Positions 28,328 to 37,300 are shown, counted from the stretch's first letter. The stretch: 64,000 nt of DNA from an uncultured Chlorobiota bacterium (GCA_947311445.1 CAMZKV010000042.1:2982-66981), one strand, 5' to 3'. Numbers and translations are program-made. The notes: a model not told the origin generated them from the letters alone.

Positions 28328-28560
28328 GTGTCTGATGTTTGTTAATTAATTGGCAATAAACAAGTTACTAATGTTTCTATTGTTATTAATATTTGTGTTT
28401 CTCTGCATATAGGAACACTTGCTATGTTCTGCAAATAAAATGTAGCTTTGTTATGTCATTTCAATGAATGTCAAAATCTATGTCTTTAGTGCTTAGCTTT
28501 GCAGAGACTCTGGGTTCATGTGTCAAAAAAAAGTTAAAAATTATTTTGATTCAATTAAAA
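28325..28560 (-). repeat. start-codon-abutting repeat: L-type module (28325-28480) plus linker and S-type 3' fragment (28517-28560)
   Basis: The reverse complement reads ...TTTTTTTTGACACATG|AACCCAGAGTCTCTGCAAAGC...ATTTTGACATTCATTG...TTGCAGAACATAGCAAGTGTTCCTATATGC...CAGACACATG(gene). It is homologous along its length to 29001-29150 and 37032-37170. Confidence 0.75.
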
Positions 28561-28700
28561 GGACATGAAAGAATTTGGCATCTTTTTTAGTTAGTATTTA
28601 GTTCATTCGAGAGAAAATACTTGAATATCAAATTATTAAAAATGCTTACTATATTTCATTAATTTAAAACTATGCAGTTTTATTATTTGCCATAAAAAGG

Positions 28701-28757
28701 AATCATTGCCTGGCTTCTGAGGAACTCTAAAAACTCAGAAGCCATATGGCAATGATT
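28701..28757. other. long two-tier hairpin in ORF-free intergenic DNA (terminator-like in both directions; possible sRNA 3' end)
   Basis: Outer stem AATCATTGCC (28701-28710) / GGCAATGATT (28748-28757). Inner stem GGCTTCTGAG (28712-28721) / CTCAGAAGCC (28734-28743). 12-nt loop, T-rich tracts on both sides. Confidence 0.6.
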
Positions 28758-29000
28758 ATTTTGTTACTAATTTGTTAATTAATATAAATTCTAAAAAATA
28801 TTTATTAAAAATTAATAATGTCTTTGCAAATATAAAATGTTTTAAAACAATGTTGTGTAACTAATATCACATTTGATTGCAAAAAAAGTAAATATTTTTG
28901 ATTCTACAAAATTATATTTATATAAATTGCACTTTTTTTAATACAAAACATTATTTTCAAACAAATATTCTCTAATGAAATAATAACAAATAAGAGCAAA

Positions 29001-29150
29001 CATTTTGACACCCAAGTGCATACTTATAATCTAGCAGATTTATTTCTTGCACAACATAGCAAGTGTTCCTATGTGCTGAACAACAGAGCTGTTTTAAATA
29101 CAAAAAGCAACTCGTTTAATATCAACTAATTAGACAATCTAAAACACATG
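29001..29150 (+). repeat. start-codon-abutting repeat, L-type module
   Basis: CATTTTGACACCCAAGTGCAT...TTGCACAACATAGCAAGTGTTCCTATGTGC...TTAGACAATCTAAAACACATG ends on the ATG of the 29148 gene. It is an inverted copy of 28325-28480. Confidence 0.75.
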
Positions 29151-30488
29151 AAAAACGGCTTCTTCGTAATTTTATTATCTCTAATATCAACTATTTTTTT
29201 TGCTCAAGAAAATGACTCTTTAAAGAAGAATAAAACTGGTTTTGGATTAGGTTTTGTTCCAATTTTTGCTTTTGATTCTGATGTTGGTTTAAAAACCGGC
29301 ATTGTTGCTAATATTTTTCATTATGGTGATGGTGAAAATTATCCAAAATATGAACATTCCTTACTTTTAAAATGGTACAGATCGACAAAAGGAAGTAGAT
29401 TAGCACAAGTTATTTATGATTCTGATAAAATTATTGAAAATGTCAGACTTACTTCTGAGTTTAGTTATATTACTGACCAAACACTTGGGTTTTATGGATT
29501 TAATGGAAGTAAATCATTTTACAATCATAATTATGAAATTCAATCAGAAAAAAATATTAATTATATTTCAAAAATTTATTATAAGCATCAAAGAAAAATG
29601 CTTCGATTTAAAACTGATTTTCAATCTCCATTCAAAAAAACTAAGTTTAAATGGTTAATTGGATTTTCGCATTATAATATTATGATTCAAAGTGTTGACA
29701 GGGATAAAATAAACAATCATAAATCAACTAAAGTTTTATTGCCTGACACAGCAACGTTATATGATAAATATGTTAAATGGGGAATTATAAAAAACTCTGA
29801 AAAGAACGGAGGAAAAATAAATTATCTAAAATCCGGAATAATTTACGACAGCAGAGATAATGAAAGTAATTGTAATTCAGGTATTTGGACAGAAGTCTTA
29901 CTTTTATATGCACCTTCATTTTTAGCAAACAAATCTAATTTCGGGAAACTATTATTAACTCATCGCCAATATTTCTCTTTAAGACTAAACAAACTTACTT
30001 TTGCATATAGATTAAGTTATCAAACAAAACTATGGGGAGAAATTCCTTATTATATGTTGCCTTTTTTCATTGATTCAAAAAAAACAGAAGATGGTTTAGG
30101 TGGTGCTAAAAACTTAAGAGGCATTTTAAGAAACAGAATAGTTAGTAACGGATTTGCAAATGGAACTACGGAATTAAGGTGGAAATTTTGGTCGTTAAAA
30201 TTTATAAAACAAGATTTTTATCTTTCATTAAATTGTTTTACTGATGTGGCTACTGTAACAGAAGAGTATAGGTTTAATACTGATTTAGTGAAATCTGACT
30301 TTGGATTCTCAGAAGAGTCTAATTTAAAAAGCATAAATTACTCTAACAATAAATTCCATTTTTCATATGGTGTTGGAGTTTACATAGTAATGAACAAAAA
30401 CTTTGTAATTTCAACTGATTATGGAAGAGCTGTTTCTTATCAAGATGGAAAATCAGGATTATATGTAGGTCTTAATTTTATATTTTAA
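29148..30488 (+). CDS. Omp85/BamA-family outer-membrane beta-barrel protein without recognisable POTRA domains
   Basis: 446-aa ORF. Signal peptide, barrel-like strands from residue about 30 (GFGLGFVPIFAFDSDVGLKTG), a loop-6-like GGAKNLRGI motif, and C-terminal YVGLNFIF. Confidence 0.6.
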   Translation: MKNGFFVILLSLISTIFFAQENDSLKKNKTGFGLGFVPIFAFDSDVGLKTGIVANIFHYGDGENYPKYEHSLLLKWYRSTKGSRLAQVIYDSDKIIENVRLTSEFSYITDQTLGFYGFNGSKSFYNHNYEIQSEKNINYISKIYYKHQRKMLRFKTDFQSPFKKTKFKWLIGFSHYNIMIQSVDRDKINNHKSTKVLLPDTATLYDKYVKWGIIKNSEKNGGKINYLKSGIIYDSRDNESNCNSGIWTEVLLLYAPSFLANKSNFGKLLLTHRQYFSLRLNKLTFAYRLSYQTKLWGEIPYYMLPFFIDSKKTEDGLGGAKNLRGILRNRIVSNGFANGTTELRWKFWSLKFIKQDFYLSLNCFTDVATVTEEYRFNTDLVKSDFGFSEESNLKSINYSNNKFHFSYGVGVYIVMNKNFVISTDYGRAVSYQDGKSGLYVGLNFIF

Positions 30489-30498
30489 ATAAAAATAG

Positions 30499-31128
30499 CT
30501 AAATAATTTCTACAATTCCTTTTTCTTGAGTAATTTGATTATTATTCTCAAGTTTTTTCAAGATTCTACTTACAACCTCTCTTGCTGTGCCCATTTCTAA
30601 TGCTATAATTTTATGAGTAATCTTTATTTTCTTTAATCCAGAAACTTTTGATTTTTCAAGAAGATATTCATAAATTCTTTTATCTAATTTTTCAAAAAGA
30701 ACATTGTTTAATGTTTCTATTAAGTCAGAATACCTTTCATCATAAAGCGAATAAAAAAGAGAATTAAATGAAGGATATTCTTTTATCCATTTTTTAACAA
30801 TATCTACTGGAAACATCATAATTACAGCATCTGTTCCCGTTGTTGCATACACCCTACTAGGAGAATTCTTTAATACTGCAGAAAGAGACATAATACAACT
30901 TTCATTTGGTTGTATGTAATATAAAAGAAATTCTTTATCTTCATATTGGCTATAGACTTTCACAACTCCACTAATTACAATAGGGAGCATTTTTAAATAT
31001 TGCCCATGCCGAATAACTTCCATCCCTTTTGGAACTTCTTTTGTTACACCATTTGACAACATATCTTTTACCAGATTTTTCTCAAAACTTGGAAACTTAT
31101 TCTTTAAAAAACGAAAATCAATATCCAT
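30499..31128 (-). CDS. Crp/Fnr family transcriptional regulator
   Basis: 209-aa ORF. N-terminal cNMP-binding-like beta-roll and C-terminal HTH (IALEMGTAREVVSRILKKLE). Confidence 0.85.
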   Translation of the reverse strand: MDIDFRFLKNKFPSFEKNLVKDMLSNGVTKEVPKGMEVIRHGQYLKMLPIVISGVVKVYSQYEDKEFLLYYIQPNESCIMSLSAVLKNSPSRVYATTGTDAVIMMFPVDIVKKWIKEYPSFNSLFYSLYDERYSDLIETLNNVLFEKLDKRIYEYLLEKSKVSGLKKIKITHKIIALEMGTAREVVSRILKKLENNNQITQEKGIVEII

Positions 31129-31139
31129 ACTCTTTTTTA

Positions 31140-33290
31140 TTAATTTAAAATAATAACTTTTTTTACTATATCTTTAATACTAACGAAATAAATTCCACTC
31201 GGCAACCCTTCAATATTAATTTTTTCAATATTTAGTTTACTATTTAATTGCTTATTCATTATTATTTTACCTTGTATATTTTTCAATTCTAAATTGATTT
31301 TATCCATGTTAATAAAACTATATGAAATAATAAGTGTTTTTTTAGTAGGATTTAGCAAAATTTTAAAATCTCCCTTGTTTTTACCTAAATCGTATATTCC
31401 TAATGGAGGATATGAATTATTTAACTCTGCAGGAATTCCCCATTTCATAAGAATACCACCTTCATCCCAACTAGAACCTTTTTCTTCATAAAGATATCCA
31501 TAAACTTTCAAAGTCAAATCAGTTTGATAAGTATCATCAGCAGTATAATCAAAAACAAAATCATGGATTGGTTCAATTACGGAAGAATTTGCAGGTATTG
31601 GATTTCCATTATTGTATGCTGCTGTATCATAAACAAAACCATCTGCACCGCTCACATTATCCCATATATTTATAAAACTTTCTTCTGTGGTTAATTTACC
31701 ATAAACATCATATAATATTTCTTCACTTTTGTTATTAAACTTCAAAACAAATTCAATAGTTTCATTTGGTTCTAAGATTTGATTTCCATTTCCCTGGCTA
31801 TCTGGAATATCGTCATCATCCACAGTTAAAAAAGGATACTTCTTTAAAATCGGGATAATAAAATCTCCTAACCAAAAATCTCCGTCAATATCAGGAGATA
31901 TTCCATATAATGAAAATTTAAATTGCCCGTTTCCAGGAATATAATCTGGTAGTTCTATTTCAAAACTTTGATTAGACCAAACTGTTTCAGAAATTGGAAT
32001 ATCATTGAAAGAAACAGAGTTTGAAATAATAGAAACATCTTCATTTTCACTTAAAATATTAGCACTCAGAGAAGTAATATTAAAATTCATTAAATTTTCA
32101 ATACTAATTTTTAAATTAATCTTATTTCCTTCTGTTATAATATTTTCAGGATTATCCGAAGGAGGAGTTACACCTTCATAAAATTCAAACCGAGCTAAAT
32201 TTGCAGGTTTTTCCCTTATCTCAAAATTATTTATAGCAAATACAGCTGCATCTTTTAAACTTGTAACCTTTATTAAACACTCAGTTGAAACATTGTCTGG
32301 AACAATCCATAATACACTCTCAGTACAAGATGGGACACTATCTATTATACTTGTCCAGTTTGCACCATTATCACTTGAAAATTCAATCTTTGCATCTGCA
32401 ATAAAATCGCTTTCCCATTGCATCTTAATTTCTCTTCCTTTTTCAACTTTTTGTCCATTTGAAGGATATAAAATATTTAAACTAGGAATACTTTCAACTA
32501 TACTTATTGTTAAATCAATATCAGTCAGAGGTTTATCATTGCTATTTGTTTCAACTTCACTTATTTCATAAACAACATCCATTCCATCTATAACTCTTCC
32601 AAAAACTGAATGCACATCATTTAACCATTCTGTTGGAGCAACAGTTATAAAATACTGAGATCCATTAGTATTAGGTCCTGAATTTGCCATTGAAAGAATT
32701 CCTGGTATATTATGTCTTAAATCCGGATGAAATTCATCATAAAAAGAATAGCCAGGTCCTCCTGTTCCTGTTCCATACGGACATCCGTCTTGAATCATAA
32801 ACCCGGAAATTACTCTATGAAATATTAAATCAGTATAAAAACCTTTTTCTGCTAAATTAATAAAATTCTGAGTAGTAACAGGTGCTAAATCTCCTCTTAA
32901 TTCAACTCTTACTTGTCCCAAACTTGTATTCCACTCAGCAATAAATATGTTCTGATTTGTAATCTCAAAAACAGAATTACTTTCATCAAAAACACCACCT
33001 CCCAATTCGCTTACACGTATCAAACAATTAGTAGATTCAACATTGGGTGTTGTCCAAGAATAAAAATTTTCTGTGCAATTGTTAACAATTTCAACCCAAT
33101 TAGTTCCATTATCTACTGAATATTCTATTTTAAAATTTGAAATACCTGTACTTTCCCATATAATATTATGTGGAGACCATGTATCCTTTATAAATTTTTC
33201 ATTTCCATTAGGAAAAATCAAATTAATTGTTTGTGAATTAGAATATTTAATAAATACAATCAGGCTTAAAAAAATTATTATATTTTTCAT
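31140..33290 (-). CDS. secreted cyclophilin-type peptidyl-prolyl cis-trans isomerase with T9SS C-terminal sorting domain
   Basis: 716-aa ORF. Cyclophilin core (FHRVISGFMIQDGCPYGTGTGGPGYSFYDEF...SMANSGPNTNGSQYFIT), flanking duplicated about 90-aa domains, and a Por-type tail (GIYFVSIKDIVKKVIILN). Confidence 0.85.
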   Translation of the reverse strand: MKNIIIFLSLIVFIKYSNSQTINLIFPNGNEKFIKDTWSPHNIIWESTGISNFKIEYSVDNGTNWVEIVNNCTENFYSWTTPNVESTNCLIRVSELGGGVFDESNSVFEITNQNIFIAEWNTSLGQVRVELRGDLAPVTTQNFINLAEKGFYTDLIFHRVISGFMIQDGCPYGTGTGGPGYSFYDEFHPDLRHNIPGILSMANSGPNTNGSQYFITVAPTEWLNDVHSVFGRVIDGMDVVYEISEVETNSNDKPLTDIDLTISIVESIPSLNILYPSNGQKVEKGREIKMQWESDFIADAKIEFSSDNGANWTSIIDSVPSCTESVLWIVPDNVSTECLIKVTSLKDAAVFAINNFEIREKPANLARFEFYEGVTPPSDNPENIITEGNKINLKISIENLMNFNITSLSANILSENEDVSIISNSVSFNDIPISETVWSNQSFEIELPDYIPGNGQFKFSLYGISPDIDGDFWLGDFIIPILKKYPFLTVDDDDIPDSQGNGNQILEPNETIEFVLKFNNKSEEILYDVYGKLTTEESFINIWDNVSGADGFVYDTAAYNNGNPIPANSSVIEPIHDFVFDYTADDTYQTDLTLKVYGYLYEEKGSSWDEGGILMKWGIPAELNNSYPPLGIYDLGKNKGDFKILLNPTKKTLIISYSFINMDKINLELKNIQGKIIMNKQLNSKLNIEKINIEGLPSGIYFVSIKDIVKKVIILN

Positions 33291-33383
33291 GTGTCTATTT
33301 TTATTGATTTATTTTTTTTCGTTAGAGAAACTCATACATTAGGATTTGTTAATATCTTTTAAAAAGATAAAGATAAAACTTTT

Positions 33384-34679
33384 TTACAAAACTTCACCAA
33401 TTGCATTCCCTTGTTCATTTATTTTTAAAATTTTAAATCTCACTATTTTATTTATTAGCTTCTTATTAAAAGGAATTTCAATTTTAATATAATTTTCAGT
33501 AAATCCAAACATTGAGTTCTCATATTTTGCTCCTTCAAAGAGAACATTATGCTCAGTATTAACAAAACGCTTATAAAACTCAATATGCTTAATATCAGAA
33601 AGTTGATGAAGCATCTTACTCCTTTTCTTAATTACTTCTTTTGAAATATGTCCTTGCATTTTTTCAGCAGGAGTACCAGAACGAACTGAAAAAGAAAACA
33701 CATGCAAAAAAGAAATATCAATATTCTTTAAAAAATTATATGTATCGCTAAAATCTTTTTCTGTTTCACCCGGAAAACCAACAATAACATCAATTCCAAG
33801 AAAAGCATCGGGTATAAGTCTGTTTATTTTCTCAATTTTATTTTTAAAAACACCAACATTATAGCGCCGTTTCATTAACTGTAAAACTTTATCGCTTCCA
33901 GATTGCAAAGGTATATGAAAATGAGGCAAAAACTTTTTTGATTGTAATGTAAATTCAATTATCTCATCTGTTATTAAATTTGGTTCAATTGAAGAAATTC
34001 TATATCGTTCAATACCTTTTACTTTATCTAATTCTTTAATTAAGTCTAAAAATGTTTCATTTGTACTTTTGCCAAAATCTCCAATATTTACACCTGTAAG
34101 AATAATTTCTTTATATCCTTTTTCAGCAATCATTTTTGCTTGTTCAACAGTTTTTAAAACTGTCTCACTCCTACTCTTTCCTCTCACACTTGGTATTGTG
34201 CAATATGTACAAGGATAGTCGCATCCATCTTGAACTTTCAAAAAAGAACGAGTTCTATCTCCTGATGAAAATGCAGCATCAAAATTTTCTATTTCTGATG
34301 TTGCACATGAATGTATAATTGCAGTTTCTTGTTTTTTAAAATCATTGAAATACTTAAAAACATTAAATTTTTCATTCATTCCTAAAACTAAATCTACACC
34401 AGGTATTTTAGCAATCTTTTCAGACTCAGCCTGTGCATAACATCCCGTTATAGTAATAAATGCATCAGGAGAATTCTTTTTTGCTTTTTTAATTGCTTCC
34501 CTACATTTCTTATCAGCTGTTCCTGTAACTGTGCAAGTATTTATAACAATAACATCAGAACTATCTCCAAAATTAACTTTCTCAAATCCTTTTTCGTAAA
34601 ATTCTCTTGCAATTGTAGATGTTTCTGAAAAATTTAATTTGCAACCTAATGTATGAAACGAAACTTTTTTATTTACCAC
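33384..34679 (-). CDS. mtaB: tRNA (t6A37) methylthiotransferase MtaB
   Basis: 431-aa ORF. MTTase N-terminal domain (VSFHTLGCKLNFSE), radical-SAM motif CDYPCTYC, and a TRAM-like C-terminus. Confidence 0.85.
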   Translation of the reverse strand: MVNKKVSFHTLGCKLNFSETSTIAREFYEKGFEKVNFGDSSDVIVINTCTVTGTADKKCREAIKKAKKNSPDAFITITGCYAQAESEKIAKIPGVDLVLGMNEKFNVFKYFNDFKKQETAIIHSCATSEIENFDAAFSSGDRTRSFLKVQDGCDYPCTYCTIPSVRGKSRSETVLKTVEQAKMIAEKGYKEIILTGVNIGDFGKSTNETFLDLIKELDKVKGIERYRISSIEPNLITDEIIEFTLQSKKFLPHFHIPLQSGSDKVLQLMKRRYNVGVFKNKIEKINRLIPDAFLGIDVIVGFPGETEKDFSDTYNFLKNIDISFLHVFSFSVRSGTPAEKMQGHISKEVIKKRSKMLHQLSDIKHIEFYKRFVNTEHNVLFEGAKYENSMFGFTENYIKIEIPFNKKLINKIVRFKILKINEQGNAIGEVL

Positions 34680-35446
34680 TTTATTTCTTTTTTATCAAGA
34701 AAGGCACTTATCCCTTTCTTGCAATCATCTGTTTCTCTGGATTTTGCATTTGTTTCTGCTGTTAAATCAAAAGCATCTTCAATATTAATACTTTGAATTT
34801 GTGCAATAAGTTGTTTTGTTATTCTTAGCGAATCAGATGAAGTTTTTGTTATTAATTTTTGAGCAAATTTATAAACTTCATTTTGGATATTCTCTTTTGT
34901 TTCTATAAAATTAAAAATATTCATCTCTTTTGCTTCTTCTGCTGAAATAATTCTTCCGGTAAGTAACAGTTCTTTAGATTTTGCCTCGCCTATTTTACGA
35001 GTTAAGAAAATACTTACAATTGCAGGAACAAAACCAATTGCAACTTCAGAATAACCATACTTTGCTTCTGGAACGGAAAATATAAAATCGCATACGGTAG
35101 CTAAACCAGCACCTCCGGCAATTGCATGACCTTCAACTTGTGCAATAAAAACCTTTTCAGAAAGATAAATCATTTTGTATAGCTCCATCAAATTTTTAGA
35201 ATCTTCAAAATTTTCTTCATATGTATTGCTTTGAAGTTTCTGTAAATATTTTAAATCTGCTCCCGCACAAAATGCTTTGCCTTCAGCTTTTATAATAATA
35301 ACTTTTACGGTATTATCTGTTTCTGAAATCTTTATTATTTCTTTAAGCTCATTAACAAGTTGAGGATTTAAAGCGTTCCTTTTTAGAGGCCTATTTAAAG
35401 TAATATATGATATTCTATTTTTTATATTATGTTTTATGTATTGCAT
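34673..35446 (-). CDS. enoyl-CoA hydratase/isomerase family protein
   Basis: Crotonase-fold motifs (KAFCAGADLK, EGHAIAGGAGLATVCD). I chose the start at internal Met MQYIKH (35446), which removes the overlap with the upstream flippase gene. Confidence 0.82.
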   Translation of the reverse strand: MQYIKHNIKNRISYITLNRPLKRNALNPQLVNELKEIIKISETDNTVKVIIIKAEGKAFCAGADLKYLQKLQSNTYEENFEDSKNLMELYKMIYLSEKVFIAQVEGHAIAGGAGLATVCDFIFSVPEAKYGYSEVAIGFVPAIVSIFLTRKIGEAKSKELLLTGRIISAEEAKEMNIFNFIETKENIQNEVYKFAQKLITKTSSDSLRITKQLIAQIQSINIEDAFDLTAETNAKSRETDDCKKGISAFLDKKEIKW

Positions 35447-35462
35447 TTTTTTATTAATTAGT

Positions 35463-36902
35463 TTAACTCTTATCATATTTAATTATTCTATACAAAATTT
35501 TAATATCAATTAATTTAAAAGCAAAAGCACTTAAAATTCCAAAAGTTAAAGTAACTATCAATGCAACAGGACGATTTATTATGTATTTATTTGAAATATA
35601 AGCAGATAAAACAATCCATAATACAAATGCAAATATTGAAATAATTGATTTTATTTTTGGTTTAAAATCAAAGATTCTGAAAGCAATATATATTTGAAGA
35701 ATAGCTGTTAAACCTTGAGTTACTAAACTTGCAATTGCTGCTCCATATGCTTTCAAATCAGGTATTAATACAAAGTTTAAAACCAAATTTAAAACCAAAC
35801 CTGCTCCTGCCATAATGTTTAGTTCTTTTAAATTTCCATTTGCAGTAAGCAATGTTCCAAAAATATATGATGAAGCAATTGGAATAAACCCAAGAATTAA
35901 AATTCCAAAAACTTTTGCAGATTCTTGAATATGCTCATCATAAAAAACATAAATAATATCTTTTTTATAAAAATATAAGTTTATTGAAATAATTAGAGCA
36001 GGGATAACTAACAGTAAAAATGAAATTTTGGCTAAATGTGCAATATTTTCTTTTTTTATTAGCATTTTTGAAAACATAGGTAGCAACAATGTGGCAAACA
36101 AAAGAGCATATTGCGAAGCAGCATCTAAAATCCTAAATCCGTGAGCATATATTCCGACTTGCGTGTCTCCGTTTTCTATTAAGCGACCAATCATAACAGA
36201 ATCAAGTCTTGTATAAGAAGTCATTAATAAAACCAATAAAGCATAAGGATAACTTTTTCTTAATATAACTCTAAAAAACTGAAAATTAAAATATAGTTTT
36301 AAGCCGATTGAATTTGATTTAATAATGAAAAAAGAAACTACAACAGTTATAATATATGAAGCAGATTGTGCATATAAAAGCCAATCTATTATAAAAGATT
36401 CTTTATGTTTTAATAATAAATAACCAACAAAAATAATCATTAATAATCTGTCAAGAACAGACAATATGCTATCAACTTTAAAAAGATGTAAACCTGAAAT
36501 ACTTGAACGCATATATAAAATAAGGGAAAGTAGAAATTGATTTCCTGCCAAAATTAATAAAAACTTAATTTGTCTTTCATTATAACCTATAAAAAAAGCT
36601 CCTATTAAAATAAGAATTATATAAAAAACACCCAATAAAAACTTTAAACCTACTATATTTGAAAAATGTTTACTCAGAAGATGGTTAAATTGAGCAATAT
36701 TTCTATTATTATAATTTGTGATTCCTAAATCTAAAAAAATATTTAAAAGAAGGGAAAAATTGAATAAAGCAAAATAAAAGCCATATTCCGAAGCTCCTAC
36801 TGTATTTTGAACTGTCATATCAATACCAAAAATCCAAAAAGGCTTGATTAACAAGTTTAAAGACAATAAAAAAATAAGATTTAGGACAAATTTTTTTCTC
36901 AA
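35463..36902 (-). CDS. polysaccharide biosynthesis protein / oligosaccharide flippase (MOP/Wzx-like)
   Basis: 479-aa highly hydrophobic polytopic ORF, adjacent to glycosyltransferase genes. The ORF-track start is a TTG codon. Confidence 0.7.
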   Translation of the reverse strand: MRKKFVLNLIFLLSLNLLIKPFWIFGIDMTVQNTVGASEYGFYFALFNFSLLLNIFLDLGITNYNNRNIAQFNHLLSKHFSNIVGLKFLLGVFYIILILIGAFFIGYNERQIKFLLILAGNQFLLSLILYMRSSISGLHLFKVDSILSVLDRLLMIIFVGYLLLKHKESFIIDWLLYAQSASYIITVVVSFFIIKSNSIGLKLYFNFQFFRVILRKSYPYALLVLLMTSYTRLDSVMIGRLIENGDTQVGIYAHGFRILDAASQYALLFATLLLPMFSKMLIKKENIAHLAKISFLLLVIPALIISINLYFYKKDIIYVFYDEHIQESAKVFGILILGFIPIASSYIFGTLLTANGNLKELNIMAGAGLVLNLVLNFVLIPDLKAYGAAIASLVTQGLTAILQIYIAFRIFDFKPKIKSIISIFAFVLWIVLSAYISNKYIINRPVALIVTLTFGILSAFAFKLIDIKILYRIIKYDKS

Positions 36903-37004
36903 AAGATAAAAGTTAAGAATTGTTAAAAAATAAACATCAAAAGTAATAAATATTTGCTTTCAGTTTTTAATTTTGTCTATTTATTTAATAAAATATATGA
37001 AACA

Positions 37005-37300
37005 CCCTCAAAAAATACTCAGACACACATGAACAAAATTATAAACCTGCATATTGATTACTTGCAATAGAAAGCAAGTGTTCCTAAGTGCAAGACAACA
37101 CAATTATTTTAAGTCTCAATATTATTGAAACTTATTATATATCAATCAATTAAGCAAACACAGACTCATTAACCCGAAGGCTCAGCAAATATTAAACACC
37201 TATGAAAAAGACTTTTACACCCAAGTACATGACTAAAAATTAGATTTTACCGTGCATCTCTAATAAATACAAATTAACTTTTAACTTTTTTAAACACATG
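37005..37300 (+). repeat. three chained modules of the start-codon-abutting repeat family (5' fragment, L-type, S-type)
   Basis: ATGAAACACC...CAGACACACATG (to 37031) | AAC...CTTGCAATAGAAAGCAAGTGTTCCTAAGTGCAAG...CAGACTCATT (to 37170) | AACCCGAAGGCTCAGC...CTTTTACACCCAAGTACATGAC...TTTTACCGTGCATCTCTAATAAATACAAATTAACT...TAAACACATG (gene ATG at 37298). Confidence 0.75.

Noticed and set aside
28517-28590. Tiny ORFs starting at repeat-encoded ATGs (MNPESLQS on the minus strand from 28519; MKEFGIFFS on the plus strand from about 28566)
   Set aside because: They are 8-9 codons long. The corresponding position in the homologous copy at 37168-37200 has ATT instead of ATG, so coding is not conserved.
29047-29076. 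Idea that TTGC-N8-GCAA is the operator of the neighbouring Crp/Fnr-family regulator
   Set aside because: The half-sites do not resemble the known CRP (TGTGA) or FNR (TTGAT) consensus, and the spacing differs. The only support is proximity, so it is mentioned only as speculation.
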